Assembly: GCA_963764625.1 (NCBI GenBank)
Contig: CAVXTH010000004.1
Location: 12,895-76,894, forward strand
DNA length: 64,000 nt
Source: Candidatus Krumholzibacteriota bacterium
Lineage (GTDB): Bacteria; Krumholzibacteriota; Krumholzibacteriia; JAJRXK01
Direction: 5' to 3'
In this document: piece after piece, positions 30,389 through 43,974 of the stretch
Numbering within the stretch: position 1 is the first letter of the stretch
Layout: every line of letters starts with the position of its first letter
Translations under genes and position numbers: made by a program
The notes under the pieces: model-generated
Seen by the model: the letters and a program-made list of their open reading frames with translations, nothing else
Databases searched by the model: none
Told to the model about the DNA's origin: nothing

Positions 30389-31385
30389 TTGATCGGAAAG
30401 TTTCTTGCCCACTACGAGATCACCGGTCTGCTCGGCAAGGGCGGAATGGGCGAGGTCGTGAGAGAGAATTGAAGGTGACGCTCCTCGACACAGCGCCGAA
30501 GGCGCGCACGACCGATCCGAAGGCCTATGCGCTGCACTTACAGGCGGTGCAGCTGTCACGGAAGCGAACCGCCGAAGGCTATGCGCAGTCTGACTCGCTG
30601 TATCACCAAGTATTGGCTATCGATCCCAGCTATGCCCCATCATGGGTCAATCTGGCTTCGAACCTCGTCAACGAAGTCTATATCGGGTTGCGCAGCGCCG
30701 ATAAGGGGTTCCGCCCGCCAGGGAGGCAGCAAAAAAGGCGCTCGAGATCGACCCCGGGTCGGCACAAGCACACGCTGGCCTGGGCAGCATCGCCGTCGCC
30801 GAAGGCGAGCTCGCGGACGCCGCCACGCATTTCGAGTGAGCCCTCGAACTCGATCCGACGGCTCCGATCGTCCTGGGAAACAGCTCCGCCCTGCTCAAGT
30901 CGCTGGGAAGGCTTGACGAAGCGATCGCGCTCTTTCGCACCGTGCTCAGTCTCCGTCCGGGCTATAGCGGCGCACGGTTCATGCTCGGAGAGGCCCTGCT
31001 CGAAAAAGGTGACGCCGAAGCAGCGCTGGCGGAATTTAAACAGGAGACATACGAGGCGTTCCGCATGATCGGTTTGCCAATGGCCTACCACGATCTCGGA
31101 CGCAAGGTCGAGTTCCAGACTGCGCTGGACAAACTCATTGCGAACCTGGGCCCGTCATCGCCCTACGACGTCGGGTCCGTGTTCGCCTACTGTGGCGATG
31201 CGGATCGCGCTTTCGAGTGGCTCGACAAGTCGGTCGCGGCCAACGACGGCGGAACCATTCTCATCCTCGTGGACAGGCTCTTCACGAGCGTCCGCTCCGA
31301 TCCACGCTGGCTGCCGTTTCTGCGCAGACTCGGCAAGGCACCCGATCAGGTCAAGAAAATCAAGTTCGAGGTAGTGCTGCAGTAA
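30389..31385 (+). pseudogene. Ser/Thr kinase-TPR protein relic (kinase body deleted)
   Basis: [23 protein letters not shown] joined directly to the TPR region (TDPKAYALHLQA...AFEWLDK...SDPRW); frameshifts and a TGA near 30837. Confidence 0.75.
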
Positions 31386-31508
31386 CCTGCTCGTTGCAGT
31401 TCTCCCAATTCCCCATGCTCGTGCATTCGGCTTGAAACTTCCGGATTTTTTCATGAGTCCTCGGACACGATGAGGAAGCATTGGAAACGTGAAGCCACCG
31501 GCAACCGA

Positions 31509-31523
31509 TGGCATGCGTATTGC
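31509..31523 (+). promoter_or_regulatory. Putative sigma-54 promoter
   Basis: TGGCATGCGTATTGC fits TGGCAC-N5-TTGC with exact spacing, about 110 nt before the operon's first ATG. Confidence 0.6.
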
Positions 31524-31631
31524 CTTCCCCTGGCCGAGGAAAAGCACGCAGCGGCGTCCTGAGGATTCCGCGTCGTGTCTCCACGGGAATCACCCGTACT
31601 CGACACACAACCCGTGCACTCTCAGGGTCTC

Positions 31632-34600
31632 ATGAGAATCAATCTGCGCACCCAGCTAATTGCCGTTGTGACCTTCCTCAGCGCGCTGCTCGTCGCGAAC
31701 GTGGCCGTGGCCTTCGATCATCTGGAAATCACGGTCGTAAATCCACAGATCGTGCAGGGACGACCCGCCGTCACGGCGCAGGTCGGTTTCAGTGTCCGTG
31801 TTCGCGCTGCAAATGCCGATGGAAGCACCGATACCGCCGCGGACTTCATCAACGCAGAGTTCTACACCGACGACGTTCCCGCCAATCTTCCGCCCCGCTC
31901 CTACTTGCAGGGCGGTGAGCGTCAGTTCGACAACCTGGTGCTCCTCGCATCGGGCTCACCGATCCGTCTGCGGGTGCGTGACGCCGACGATTCATCGGTA
32001 CCATTTGGTGAAATTCTCATCGATTGCTACGACTACGTGGAGTCATTCACGCTCGTAGTGCCTCCGGGCGACAAATTCGTCGACCAGGTCGTCAACGTGA
32101 CCCTCCAGGCGCGAGACATCGGGGGCGGGTTGGTATTGAATTTCCGCGATGACATCGTTCTCGACGCAGCCATCGGAGATTTTGCGAGCGGAACCACGAT
32201 CACTGTCCCCGGCACCGCTTTCAGCCTTGGTGAGGCAACCGTGCCCATCGTATTCTGGGGAACTGATCCGGTCACGCGAGAAAACACCCTGAGCGCGATA
32301 AACACCAGGGTATACCCTGGCCAAGGTTCTGCAGCCACCGGGAGCGCCATCGTCTCCCCCCTTCGTCCGGGACCCCTAGGCACTGTCGTCCTTTTGTTGC
32401 CCGGAGAATCTCTTACGCCTGGCGTGAGTCCGGGCAAGACCGGCACCCCTCTCCCTCAGATTTCCGGCAACTCCTTCAACGGGATCGATGTCTACGCCAC
32501 CGACTCGCACTGGAACCCCGTCGAACCAACCGCCTACCCCCAACTGTCCTGGAGCAGCGATGATCCCAGCGCCGGTGTAATTCTTCCACCCGGTGGAGCG
32601 ATGGCCAGCAACGCCGAACTGGACGAAACGGTCCGCCTCATCCAATCGGGCTTGCGGCGGGTAACGGTCACGGCAAGCGGCTCGCTCAACGCCAGCAGCG
32701 AAAGCAACGTGGTGGTCAATCCCGAGGGATTGGACCACTTCGTCTTCGACTATACCGCGTGGGATACCCTCGACGTTCAGGTCACCACCATTCCATTCTC
32801 GCTTCGAGTTCGAGCGGAAGACGTCAACAACAATCCATTTCCCTTCAATGGACAAGTGACGATCCGCGCCAAGCTAGGCGCAACGGATGAATCCGAAGAC
32901 TATGCGATCGTCAATAATACGAATTTTGTGAACGGACAACTCGACGCCTTGGTCCAAGTTACCAAGCGCGCATTCAGCGCGCGCGTGATCGTCGACAGCA
33001 ACGGTGGCGTCGTGGGACAGAGCGGGCACTTCCAGGTGAACTCAGGGCCGCTCAATCGTATTCTCCTTACCTTTCCTGGCGAGACTTGGGTACCGGGGCT
33101 CAACGACGAGACTTTCAGCGGCAACACTGGAACCCCCAACAATGTCATCGCGGGCCAAGAGATATTTCCGGTCACAGTGCGACCGGTCGACCGCTACGCC
33201 AATATCGTCTCTGGACTGCGTAACGTCACGATCAGTTCACCTACCGGGTACTTTGAACTTCCGGATTATCCGAACAATCTGATCTCCCTCAATAACCCCG
33301 TGGATGTCCGCGTAATTCTGCGGACTGCGGGAAGGAACAACTCGCGGCCGACGCAAGCGGGGTGAACCCGAATCTGTCTGCCCGTGTCAATGTTTCTCCC
33401 GCCCCTTACAATCGCGTTGTCGTCGAGGCGCCCGGCGAGTCCCTCGACCCGGGTATCTTCGACAGCATCGAGGATGATGGAAAAATCGGGCAACCTTCCG
33501 TGCAAGACGCAGGCGTGCCTTTCAACGTGCGCGTCTATGCGACAGATGTCTATTGGAACCCCATCACCGACTTCGACCCCGCGCTTCCGATCAGTGCCGA
33601 CTTTAGCAGCAGCGATCTGGCTGCGGTTCTACCGTCCAACCCCCAGGCGCTCAACAATAACTCCCAGGTCTTCGCGGTAACGCTGATCACTCTGGCTGAT
33701 CCGAACCAGCAGACCATCCGCGTCGACGACAATGCAGCGACAATTCGGTTTCACCACGATCCCGGTAAAGGCGGGCACCATCGATCACTTCGACATCGGC
33801 ATCAACAACCGGACGAATCCCACTCCGGGTGAGTTCTGGAGCCGATTCCCGACCATCAGGCGGGTTCCTTCCTGCCCAACGTCACCATCGTGGCGCGGGA
33901 TGTCTTCAACAACCACGTCGCGGACTACAGCGACAGCGTGACAATGTACGTCAGCCACGGTCCGAACGTCTTGCAGCCGGTGCGCGTGAGCATGGGCGAC
34001 GGCTTCGGCAGCGGTGCCTACAAGGGCGTCTGGCGCGGACCGATCCAGATCACCAAGGCTGGCACCGGACGTGCGCCTCTTCGTACGCGAGGAGGTCTTC
34101 GCGAGTACCGACAGCAGCAATACATTCACGGTCTTCCCCGGAGCCTACGAGGATCTGTCCTGCTGCTGCCGGGCGAGACCCCGACGCCGGGTATCGCGCC
34201 CGGAAAGGTCGGCACGCCGCTTCCGGTAGTGGCCGGCGATCCCATGGTGGCCACGGTGGTCGGCGACCGACCGCTTCTGGAATCCGGTGACCAGCTCGCC
34301 GACCGTGCACTTCGACAGCGACAACTACTTCCAGATGGTCTCGGCCAACGATCAGCCCCTGGATCCATCGGAACCGGGAGCTTCGACCTCTTCTTCAAGA
34401 CGGCGACCACCCACGCGGTTTCGGTCAACGACCTCATCTCGCCGGCGCAGAACGACACCTCACGGATTGGTCCAGGCAGGAACCTTCGACCGTCTCATGG
34501 TCCTGGCTCCGGGCGAAACCCCCAATCCCGGCGGACCGGATTCCGATGGAAAGGTGGGGGCGCCGGTTCCCCAGACCGCGAGCCTGGAGTTCGATCTGCA

Positions 34601-37600
34601 CGTGCTGTCGGTCGATCAGTTCTGGAACCAGGTGGACAACAGCACCGAGCACATCTCCCTCGCCAGCGACGACAACTCGCTCTCGCCGACCAATCCCGTG
34701 AACAACGGTCAGCCCCTGGTCAACGGCGAGATCGTGTTCCCGATCTTCCTGACCTCGCCGGGATTCGTCACTCTGGGCGTGGCCGGAATGGACAACACCG
34801 ATCTGCTGGGCCAGTCGGTGACCATCCCCGTGGAGCAGGGCGCGGCCTATCAGATCACGGTGCCGCCCACCGCCAACGTCGGGCCGCCGTCGACCTTCTC
34901 CATGACCATCGCGCTGGTGGACTCCAACGGGGTCCCGCTTCCCGCCGCGAACAACTACGTCACGCTGAAGGCACTCAAGAGCAACCTGGAGCCGGCCAGC
35001 TCGACCCTCTTCGTGACCGGGGCCCAGCTCCAAACGGATCGGTGACCCTCACGAACCAGGCCTACGACACCGTCGAAGACATCGTGATCCAGATCAGCGA
35101 CGTGTCGGGGCGCCTCAGCTACTCGAACATCATCCAGATGCAGCCCAACGGGCTGGAGTACGTGGTCAACGTCGAGTCGGATCCTCCGCCGCGCGTGGGG
35201 CCGCCCCACCTTCGGCATGAGCGTGCGTCTGCAGGACAGCGAGACCAAGACCCTCGTGCGCGAGGATCGTCCCCTACGTCCAGGTCTTCGATGGTCTCGG
35301 GCAGACGGGACGCGGCTCGCTGGGGGTCACCTCGCAGCGTCTCGACCACGGAAAGGTCAGCTTCCAGCAGAGCTACACCCGAGCCGAGAACATCTACATC
35401 ACCGTCACCGACAGCACCGGTCTGGCCGGCAGCAGCCCGATCTTCGCGCTGACTTCCGACGGATACAAGAAGCTCCAGATCGTCGCCCCCGGCGAAGTCG
35501 TCGAAGCCGGAGTCGACAGCTTCAGCACCACGGGCAAGAGCGGACCCCTGCGCCATCGCAGCGGCGAACTCTTCCCGCTGACGGTGCGCGCCGTGGATCA
35601 GTACTGGAATCTCGCCGACTCGACGAATTCCGGGGATCTGCGACTCGTCGCCAGCGACAACAGCTACGCGCTGCCGGGCAATCCCAACGTCAACCACGTG
35701 CCTTTCGTCAACGGCAAGCGCACCTTCAACAGTTTCCTCACCGACCCCGGCCAGGTCACGGTGACCGTGTACGACGAGGCAAATCTCGCCAGACCCGAGC
35801 AGGACGTCGTGATTCCGGTGGATCCGCCCTACCAGTACGAGATCACCGTACCGGCGACCGCGACCACGGGGTCCATCCCCGGGTTCCAGGTGGTGGTGAA
35901 GCTCGTCGATCCCTCGACGGGGAACGTCGTGCCCACCGCGCAGCATCGCTTATCTCACGCCGCTCTTCCGAGTCTGGCGCTGGCCAACGGAACCCTCGGA
36001 GACCGCCGCCCAGCTCATCGACGGAGTCGCGGTCCTCAACAACCAGAGCTACGACACGGTGGAGGACATCCTCATCCGGGTGAGCGATGCATTCGGTCGC
36101 GAGACCATGTCGAGCCTGATCCACATGGACACCGGCGGCCTCTACTTCTCCGGTGCCGTACCCGACGCCGCGGTGGGGCCGCCCGGGACCTTCCCCCTGA
36201 ACATCGAGCTGCTCGACAGCAACACCGGCCAGCGCGTGGTGACCCAGGATCGAGTCGTGGACATCCGCGTGCTCAGCGCGAGCACGGGACAGCCGGGTAC
36301 CGGCGTGTTGGGAATCGTGCAGGGACAGTTGAACGCGGGTCTGCTCTCGGTGTCCGAGAGCTACACCCGAGCCGAGGACATCTTCCTCGCGATCAGCGAC
36401 TCCTCCGGCGTCACCGGTCTGAGCAACACCTGTCGCATGCTGGCCGACGGTTTCAAACGGATGCAGATCGTGGCTCCCGGCGAGACGGTGATTCCCGGAA
36501 GCACTTCGGCCACCGGCAAGACCGGTTCGCCGGCGACCCAGCAGGCCGAGGCTCCGTTCACGGTCCGGGTCCGCGCAGTGGACCAGTATTTCAACCTCGT
36601 CGAGACGATCGACGACGGCGAGCTGCACCTGACCTCTTCTGGAAGCGGGCTCGAACTCGCCGATCCCAATCTGGATGGATCGCCATTCATCAACGGAATG
36701 CGCGACTTCGAGGTGGTCCTCGGCGACCCCGGCGTGATCCCGGTCTTCGTGACCGACGCGACGCGTCCGCAGATCAGCACCGGGCGGGTGGACATCCCCG
36801 TCAACGAGGCCGAGTACCGCATCATTCTGCCCGACCCGCCGGTGGTCACCGCGGGACCGCCCGCGACCTTCCCGGTGACCGTCCGCCTGGTCAATCCGAT
36901 CACCGACGAGCGGATCAATGCCGGCAACGACTTCACCATGCAGGCGTTACTCCGGACCGCAGCGCGGCCAGCAATATCCTCGGCATCACCGGGGGAACGC
37001 TGGTGGCCGGCGAAGCAGTCATCGGCGGTCAGAGCTACGCGACCAGCGAGCAGATCGTCATTCGAGTGAGGGACTCACGGGGCCGAGAGGCCTTCAGCGA
37101 ACCGCTCACCGTACAGCCGGTCGGCGTGACCTGGGCATTCGACGTCCCCGACACCGTGGTGGCCGGCGCGCCGTGGACGATGGCGGTCCGCCGCGTGGAC
37201 ATCGTGACCGGGCAGCTCGTCACCCTCGATGACCGGAGCTTCACTCTGCGTGCGTTCAGCGGCAACGCCGCGGCCCGATATGCTCTCACCCCGTCCGGCG
37301 CTCTGCGACACACCGGCAGCACCACCGGCGGCGAATCATCTTCACCTCCCAGTGCTACGACCGCGCCGAAGGGATCTACCTCGAACTCACCGATCTCTCC
37401 GGCGAGCGCGCGTTCAGCCCGGTCATCACCGTACTTCCCGCGGCTCCGGCCGAGGTGCAGGCTGACGGTGGAAGAAGTCCCGGGCCGCATCTTACCCGGC
37501 CGCTGCGCCAACGAACAGGGTACGCCAGGGCGCGGATCACCGACGGGGCGGGCAACCCACTGCCGGCGGTGGGAGTGGACTTTCGGATTCTCCAGGGCGA

Positions 37601-38336
37601 TGCCTGGTTGGGCAGCGGCCAGGACGTCACCCTCCATGCGACCACCAGCGCCCTCGGTGAGGCGAGCGTGGATCTGAGCGCGCGGCCCTACGCGCAGAAC
37701 GACGTGCGCCTCGTGGCCACGTGTATCCGACGAGGTCCTCGTGGACGTGGTGGGGCCGCCGCACACGAGGTCAGATTCGATCCGCCGGCCACGCCCTATC
37801 AGGGCGGTTGGTATCTGAGTCCGGACACGCGGATCACCTTGGTGGGGACCACCGAGGACGCAGCGGGGATCCAGGCCATCTTCACCGACGTCGATGTGGT
37901 GGATCCGCCGCAACCCCGGCCTCTACACCCGGCCCTTCACCTGCGCGTCGCGGCCACAACCCGGAGTTCACACGCTGCGCTTCTATTCCGAGGAAGTCTC
38001 GGGCGCCCTCGAGCCGGTCCAGTCGGTGCGACTGTACACCAGCGCGGCCTCGCGACCGAGAAGCAGGTCACCAATCGCCCCAATCCCTTCCGAGCCGGTC
38101 GAGGAGACCATCATCCTGTTCCATCCGCAGTCACCGGAACCGCGGCACTCGTGATCTACGACATCTTCGGCGCCACGGTCTTCTCGACCGAGATGCCGGT
38201 GACCGCGGGGACCACGGCCCAGTTCTCCTGGAACGGCCGCAACGGCGAGGGACACGTGGTGGCCAACGGTGGCTACATCTGTCGCATCGTCGGCTCTGGC
38301 TATGACCTTCGCCGCAAGATCGCGGTCGTGAAATAG
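31632..38336 (+). CDS. Giant (~2200 aa) secreted repetitive Ig-like protein with FlgD/T9SS-like CTD (multiple frameshifts)
   Basis: Signal peptide; seven PGE...GK.G.P...VD.YWN repeats across ORF fragments; ends NRPNPFRAG...SWNGRNGEG.VVANGGY...RKIAVVK. Confidence 0.8.
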
Positions 38337-38350
38337 GAAGGGGAGGTACG

Positions 38351-39655
38351 ATGATGCACGAACAACGACTCAATCCCCGCGCCGGCATAGCGGTCGACTT
38401 GCTCTTCGCCGCGCTGATCGTCGGACTGGCAGTCGGGCCGGTCGTCGCGGCTGAAGACGCCGGCGTACCCGGAGCGTTCCTGCGCTACGGAACGGGCGCC
38501 CGGGTTTGGCCATGGGAACGCGATGACCGCGATCGCCGACGAGCAGCGTCCTCCTATGGAATCCCGCGGGCTTCGCTCGGCTGCGGACGATGGAGTTCAC
38601 CGCGATGGGCGCCACCCTTCTCGAGGACACCCAGTACACATTTTTCGCCCTCGGCTTTCCCACCGAAAATTACGGGAGTTTCGCTCTCAACGGGGCCTAC
38701 CTCAGCAGCGGGAATTTCGAGAGGTCCACCCTGTTCGAGGACCTGCCCGAGACTTTCAAACAGGGTTCGAGTTTCCTCGGCCTGGGCTACGCCCGTACGC
38801 AGGGACGCTGGACGTGGGGAGTCAATCTCAAAACGATCTCACAAGATCTCGCCGGAAACCAGGGCACCGGCTTCGGCGTCGATTTGGGACTGTATTTAAG
38901 GCCTCACAGCAGCCTGAGCCTGGGCTTCAGTCTGCAGAACGCCATCGCTCCCACTGTGACTCTCGACCAGGAGAGCGAGCGCGACCCTCGCACATTGCGC
39001 GGCGGAATGGCCCTTCATCTTTTCCACAACCGCATGCTCGTGAGCAGTGATCTGGTCAAGACCGAGGAGATGCAGGCCAAATTGCGGAGCGGATTGGAAT
39101 TTGGCCCGCCCGTCAGTTTGCCTTGCGTAGCGGTTACGACGCGGTGCGCGACCAGCTCGGCTTCGGAGCCGCCTTCCGCTGGGAGAACTGGCAGCTCGAC
39201 TACCAATACCTAGATGACGATCTCGGGGGAACCCAGGTGGTCAGCGTGACGTTCCGTTTTGGCGTGCCTTACGGCGTGAAACTGCATTGGGATCGCACGC
39301 TATTCAGTCCTTCGGGTGAGGATCGCTCCGTGACCTTTGATGTCCAAACCGCGGTAACGGGCAAAGTCGAATCATGGAACCTCGTTATCCTCGACCACGA
39401 AGGCAATGCCGTTCGGACTCTCTCGGGAACGGATCGCCCCCGGACAACATCGAGTGGGGCGGGAAGACGACGACGGCCGTCTGGTCGCGGACGGTCATTA
39501 CGAAGTTCGCATGACCATTCTCGACGAAATGCGCGAGGAGTGGGACTACGAGACCTCGGTCGAGGCATTGGGTTTCTCATCGGACACGCTCTCCGATCAA
39601 GGTCGAGATCAGCGGCGGTGGCAAAGAAGAGAAACACAGGGAGAAGAATCGATGA
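38351..39655 (+). CDS. PorV/PorQ-like beta-barrel with C-terminal FlgD-like domain (frameshifted)
   Basis: AFLRYGTGAR..AMG..MTAIAD...WNPAG-type N-terminus; GFGVDLGLY; LRGG; C-terminal FSP.G...WNLVI...RTLSG...DG.Y.V. Confidence 0.75.
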
Positions 39656-42600
39656 GGACCCCAACATGCTCAGGCAGCGAGTACGCCGTGCACGATCACA
39701 CGGCAGGCGGCATCTACGACGTGCGCGGCCCCGGTCGCCATGGGACTCATCTTCGCCTCCCCTGCGGACCTGCCGCTTATCGGAGTTACGGGACTTGCCC
39801 ACGCTCAGAGCTTGGAGAAGAAGATCCCATCCGAGATGGCCTATGGCGAGGAGCCGGCAATGCTTTTGCCGAAGGAACCGACGAATCGGCCGCCATGCAA
39901 CAATACCGGCTCTTCGTGAAGACCTATGGTGGCAGCGAGCACGCGGCAAGCGCCCAGTACATGCTGGCTGAGTGCTACTTCGCCAGTGGTGACTACGAGA
40001 CGGCGCTACAAGAGTATGAGCGCGTCCACAAGTTCAAGGGAGATGACAAGTACATCCAGGCCTCGGTGCTATTGCGAAGCGCGGAGTGCCAGTTCAATCT
40101 TCACAAATTCGCTGCAGCCGTCAACACCTATGACCAACTCATCAGCAAGTACGAAGACAGCTTTCTGCTTGCCGAAGGCCTGTATGAGGCTGGCCGCGCC
40201 TACATTGCCAATGGCAACTGGCTCAAACTCGAGCTTAGCTACAAGCAGCTCCTCGAAGCGCGTCCTGGATATGCAAAACTACCCCAAGTTAAGTTTGCGC
40301 TCGGCCTCTTTGTGAACCGGGACCAGAACTACGAACAGGCCCTCGCGTACTTCAAGGAAGTCCCGAATGATCGCGGTCTGTTCTACATGGGCAAGACCCT
40401 CGAGGACATGGGCCAAGCACTCCTCGCCATCCAGCGCTACCGGAAGGTTCGGCTCAAGTATCCCGACAGCCCTCTGCGCCATGACTTCGTGGCTTTTACA
40501 GCGTCGGGAAGCGTTTTATCACAGTAAGCAGAACGAACTCGCTGTTCGCAGCTATCGCTCTTTCATCGACGAATATTCCTATCTTTATTTTTAAAAAAAC
40601 GCGCGCTACAAGCTTGCCTGCATCACCTACCGCGAAGGCGACTTCGATGAGAGCATTCGGCAACTCAAGGAAGTATGTGCGCTTTTCCCAGGGCAGATGG
40701 TGTGCGCGTACGCTCGCTACCTCATCGGTGACGCCTACATGCGCCTCGACGACACCTCCGATGCGATATTCTCGTACACGGACGTCGTACGCAATTTCGG
40801 AGAGATCGAAGTTGCTTCCGCCGCACTACACAAAATCGTATACGGCTACGCTCACGAGAACAACTTTGGCCAGACGATTCAAATGGCCGAAGAGTCTTCC
40901 GCGCTGCTTCCCGGGTGACCCTCTCGCCCCGCGGGTGCACGTTCTGAAGGGCTACGCCCACCTGATGCTCGATGAGCAAGACCAGGCAGTAAGAGACTTC
41001 CAAAACGTCCTGGATAAGAATGTCAATACCGACGTGGCCGAGCGGGCTCTATTCCTGTCTACCGACGCTTACTCTAAGAGTGGCCAGTACGACCGGCTAA
41101 TCACGAATTACAATTACATCGCCAAGCGACTGTTGCCAACGCCCAGCCACTGGCGCGCCCGTACCTATTACTACCTCGGTGAAGCCTATTATGCTCAGGG
41201 CTTATACAAAGCTTCCAATGCAATGTATCGCCTCGTGCTGACCGGGTATCCCCGAAGCAACGTAGCTGCCGCGTCTCTACAGGGCTTGGTCGCAAGCTAC
41301 AGCCAGATGGGTGAATACGACGTGGCGCTGGATGAGCAGCGAAAGTTCCTGCTCGCTTTGGCGAATTCTGATAGCGATGAAGGTACTAACTCACTGGCCG
41401 TGGGTTCGATCTACTTCAACCAGCATAAGTATGAAGATGCCCTTCGACAATACAAACAGGACTTCTTGTCCGCCCATCCCGACGATCCAGAGGCGGCGGG
41501 CGCGCTGCTCAACGCAGGTGACAGTTACTATCGACTGCAATACTACGACCAGGCGATCAAGAGCTGGGGAGATCTGCTTACTGGCTTCCCGGACTCCAAG
41601 GAGGCGGCGGAAGGCCTCTACCGTATTGCTGATACGCAATTCGGACTCGGCAAATTCGAGGCAGCCCACAAATCGTACAACCGCTTGGCCACTCAATACC
41701 CCAACGGCAAGTTCGCGGCGGACGCCGCCTTTGGCCTGGCGAATTGCGCCTATAACCTAGGTCAGGACGAGGCGGCAATAGCGGCCTTTGGCGCTTTTGT
41801 GAAGTCCTATCCGAAGGATCCGCGAGTTGAAGATGCCCAGCTGGGAATTCAATCCTGCTACTACCGTAGCGGCAAAGACATGGAGGAGTACCTCTCCAAA
41901 TTCCCCGACAGCGCTCTCGCGGCCGATATTTTCGGAAGAAGGGGCAAGCAGCCTTTGGAGCAGGCGACTACGCCACTGCCGCTCGCGCCTTCGAGAAAGT
42001 GACCCTCGACTATCCCGAGTCCGAAAGCGGTCCCGCTGCACTCTTATTACTTGGCCGAGAGCTACTACCGAATGGATCAGCTGGAGCCCGCTTTGGCGGG
42101 ATTCCGAAATTTCGTGACTACTCATCCCGAGCACGACTTGGCTGAGCTGGCACAATTCCGTCTGGGCACCGTGTTGTTCAAACTCGAGAAGTTTGAGGGC
42201 CGCAGCGCGCGAATATGAAACCATGCGCGACCGATTCCCCAATGGGGAGTACGCGGCACTCGGCCTATTCAACACTGCGATCTGTTACCAGCAGACCGAG
42301 GATTGGACTGCCGCGATCGCAAGCTACGAAGAATTCCTGAAGCTCTATCCGACCCATGAGAAGGCGGCGGGGCTGTGGCTCGAATTGCGTCGATCGACCA
42401 AGACGAGCTGGAGCTCTACGGGCAAGCGATTGAAGCATACGGAAAAGCTCTCGCCAATAAGGACGGCAACCCAGTCGAAATTCGTTATCGCCAAGGCGAA
42501 TGCCACGAGAAAGCGAAGGACATCGACTCCGCCATCAACAGCTATCGCGAAGCTGGCAAGGGATCCGGCGACGATCCCTTCGTCATCGCGGCTTTGGCGA

Positions 42601-42752
42601 AGGTCGGAGAATTGCTCGAAGACCGCGGAGACTTTCGCGGAGCGGTCAAGGCATACCAAGACATTCTCGCTAAAGCAACAAAGCCGGAATGGACAGCAAT
42701 GGCGCAATCCCGCGTCGACGCTCTCCAAGAGAAGGCAATGGCCGGTCGCTGA
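39652..42752 (+). CDS. Large TPR-repeat (CpoB/BamD-like) protein (frameshifted)
   Basis: Many A.Y.LA.CY / YP.S..A TPR units over four ORF fragments; ATGA overlap with the upstream gene. Confidence 0.8.
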
Positions 42753-42776
42753 CCGGCGCGTGGGAGGAAAATTAGC

Positions 42777-43493
42777 ATGATTGGTGATCTCTCGGTCCTC
42801 GACCTTTTTCGCACTTCGATCACGATGGTCGTCTTGCTTGCATGCTCGATCGTGACCGTCGGCTTCGCGGTAGAACGCTGGCTTTTCTTCGGGCGCAGCT
42901 CGACTAACGCGAAATCGTTCATGAAGAACATCCACGGAAAGCTCAAGTCCGGAAACGTGTCTGGCGCACGAGCCTTCTGCGAACAGCAAAAGAGCGCCGT
43001 AGCTCGCGTGATCGGGCAAGGTCTTGCTCACGCGCATCTACGCCGCAACGACCTACAGCAGCGGATGAACACCGCGATCGAGATCGAGCAAGTCGAAATG
43101 GAGCGCAACCTCAATGTGTTGGGGACAATGAGTAACATCGCTCCTCTGCTCGGGCTCTTCGGTACCGTAGTTGGTATCATCAGAGCTTTCGCCGCGATTG
43201 CGCGTTCAGGCTCAGGTGGAAGCCAGGTCGTCGCGATGGGTGTGGCTGAAGCACTCATGACCACTGCCGCCGGTATCATCGTGGCAGTCATTGCCACGGT
43301 CTTCTTCAACATATTCATCCGGCGGATTCGTACGCGGACTGTCGATCTCGAAGATGCACGCGAAGAACTCCTCGTATTGTTGGCGGAGGCTGCCATCCAA
43401 CAACAGCGCGCCACCAATCCCGCTCCGGCGCTTAGGAATACAGTCCGACCCGCAGTCGAACAGGAACCCGCAACCTCCGGCATTCTGAGCTAG
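42777..43493 (+). CDS. exbB: MotA/TolQ/ExbB proton channel protein
   Basis: IAPLLGLFGTVVGIIRAF; GVAEALMTTAAG. Confidence 0.93.
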   Translation: MIGDLSVLDLFRTSITMVVLLACSIVTVGFAVERWLFFGRSSTNAKSFMKNIHGKLKSGNVSGARAFCEQQKSAVARVIGQGLAHAHLRRNDLQQRMNTAIEIEQVEMERNLNVLGTMSNIAPLLGLFGTVVGIIRAFAAIARSGSGGSQVVAMGVAEALMTTAAGIIVAVIATVFFNIFIRRIRTRTVDLEDAREELLVLLAEAAIQQQRATNPAPALRNTVRPAVEQEPATSGILS

Positions 43494-43527
43494 ATCGAGC
43501 CAGAAGCGCCAAGTAAGGGAAAGCACC

Positions 43528-43974
43528 ATGACATCGCGGCACAGCATTGCACACGGTGGCATCAGCGAGGTCAACATCACGCCATTGGCCGATGTTACGA
43601 CAACTCTGATCGTTGTGTTTCTCGTTGCCTTACCGACTCTCCTTTGGAGCGGCATTCAAGTGCAGAGCAAGGCAGCAACACAGGGTTCGCAACATATCGT
43701 TCAGCCGACCAAGAATGAGAGAGTCGGATTGCTGACGGTCGCGGTAAACCCAGGAGGCATCACCCTCAATCAGAGACCCATCGCGCTGTCGGATCTCGAG
43801 GATGAGCTTCGAAGCCGCCTCGCGTCGCGGCAGAACCGCACGGTGGTCATCGTACCGAACGATCAGGTTTACCTGGGCGATGTGGTCAGCGTGCTCGACA
43901 TTGCCAAGGCGAGTGGAGCTACTGATCTGGCGTTACTCAATTTCAAGCAAACTTCCGGGGGTCGCTCTAAATGA
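43528..43974 (+). CDS. exbD: ExbD/TolR biopolymer transport protein
   Basis: EVNITPLADVTTTLIVVF with the conserved Asp; VVSVLDIAKASG. Confidence 0.9.
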   Translation: MTSRHSIAHGGISEVNITPLADVTTTLIVVFLVALPTLLWSGIQVQSKAATQGSQHIVQPTKNERVGLLTVAVNPGGITLNQRPIALSDLEDELRSRLASRQNRTVVIVPNDQVYLGDVVSVLDIAKASGATDLALLNFKQTSGGRSK

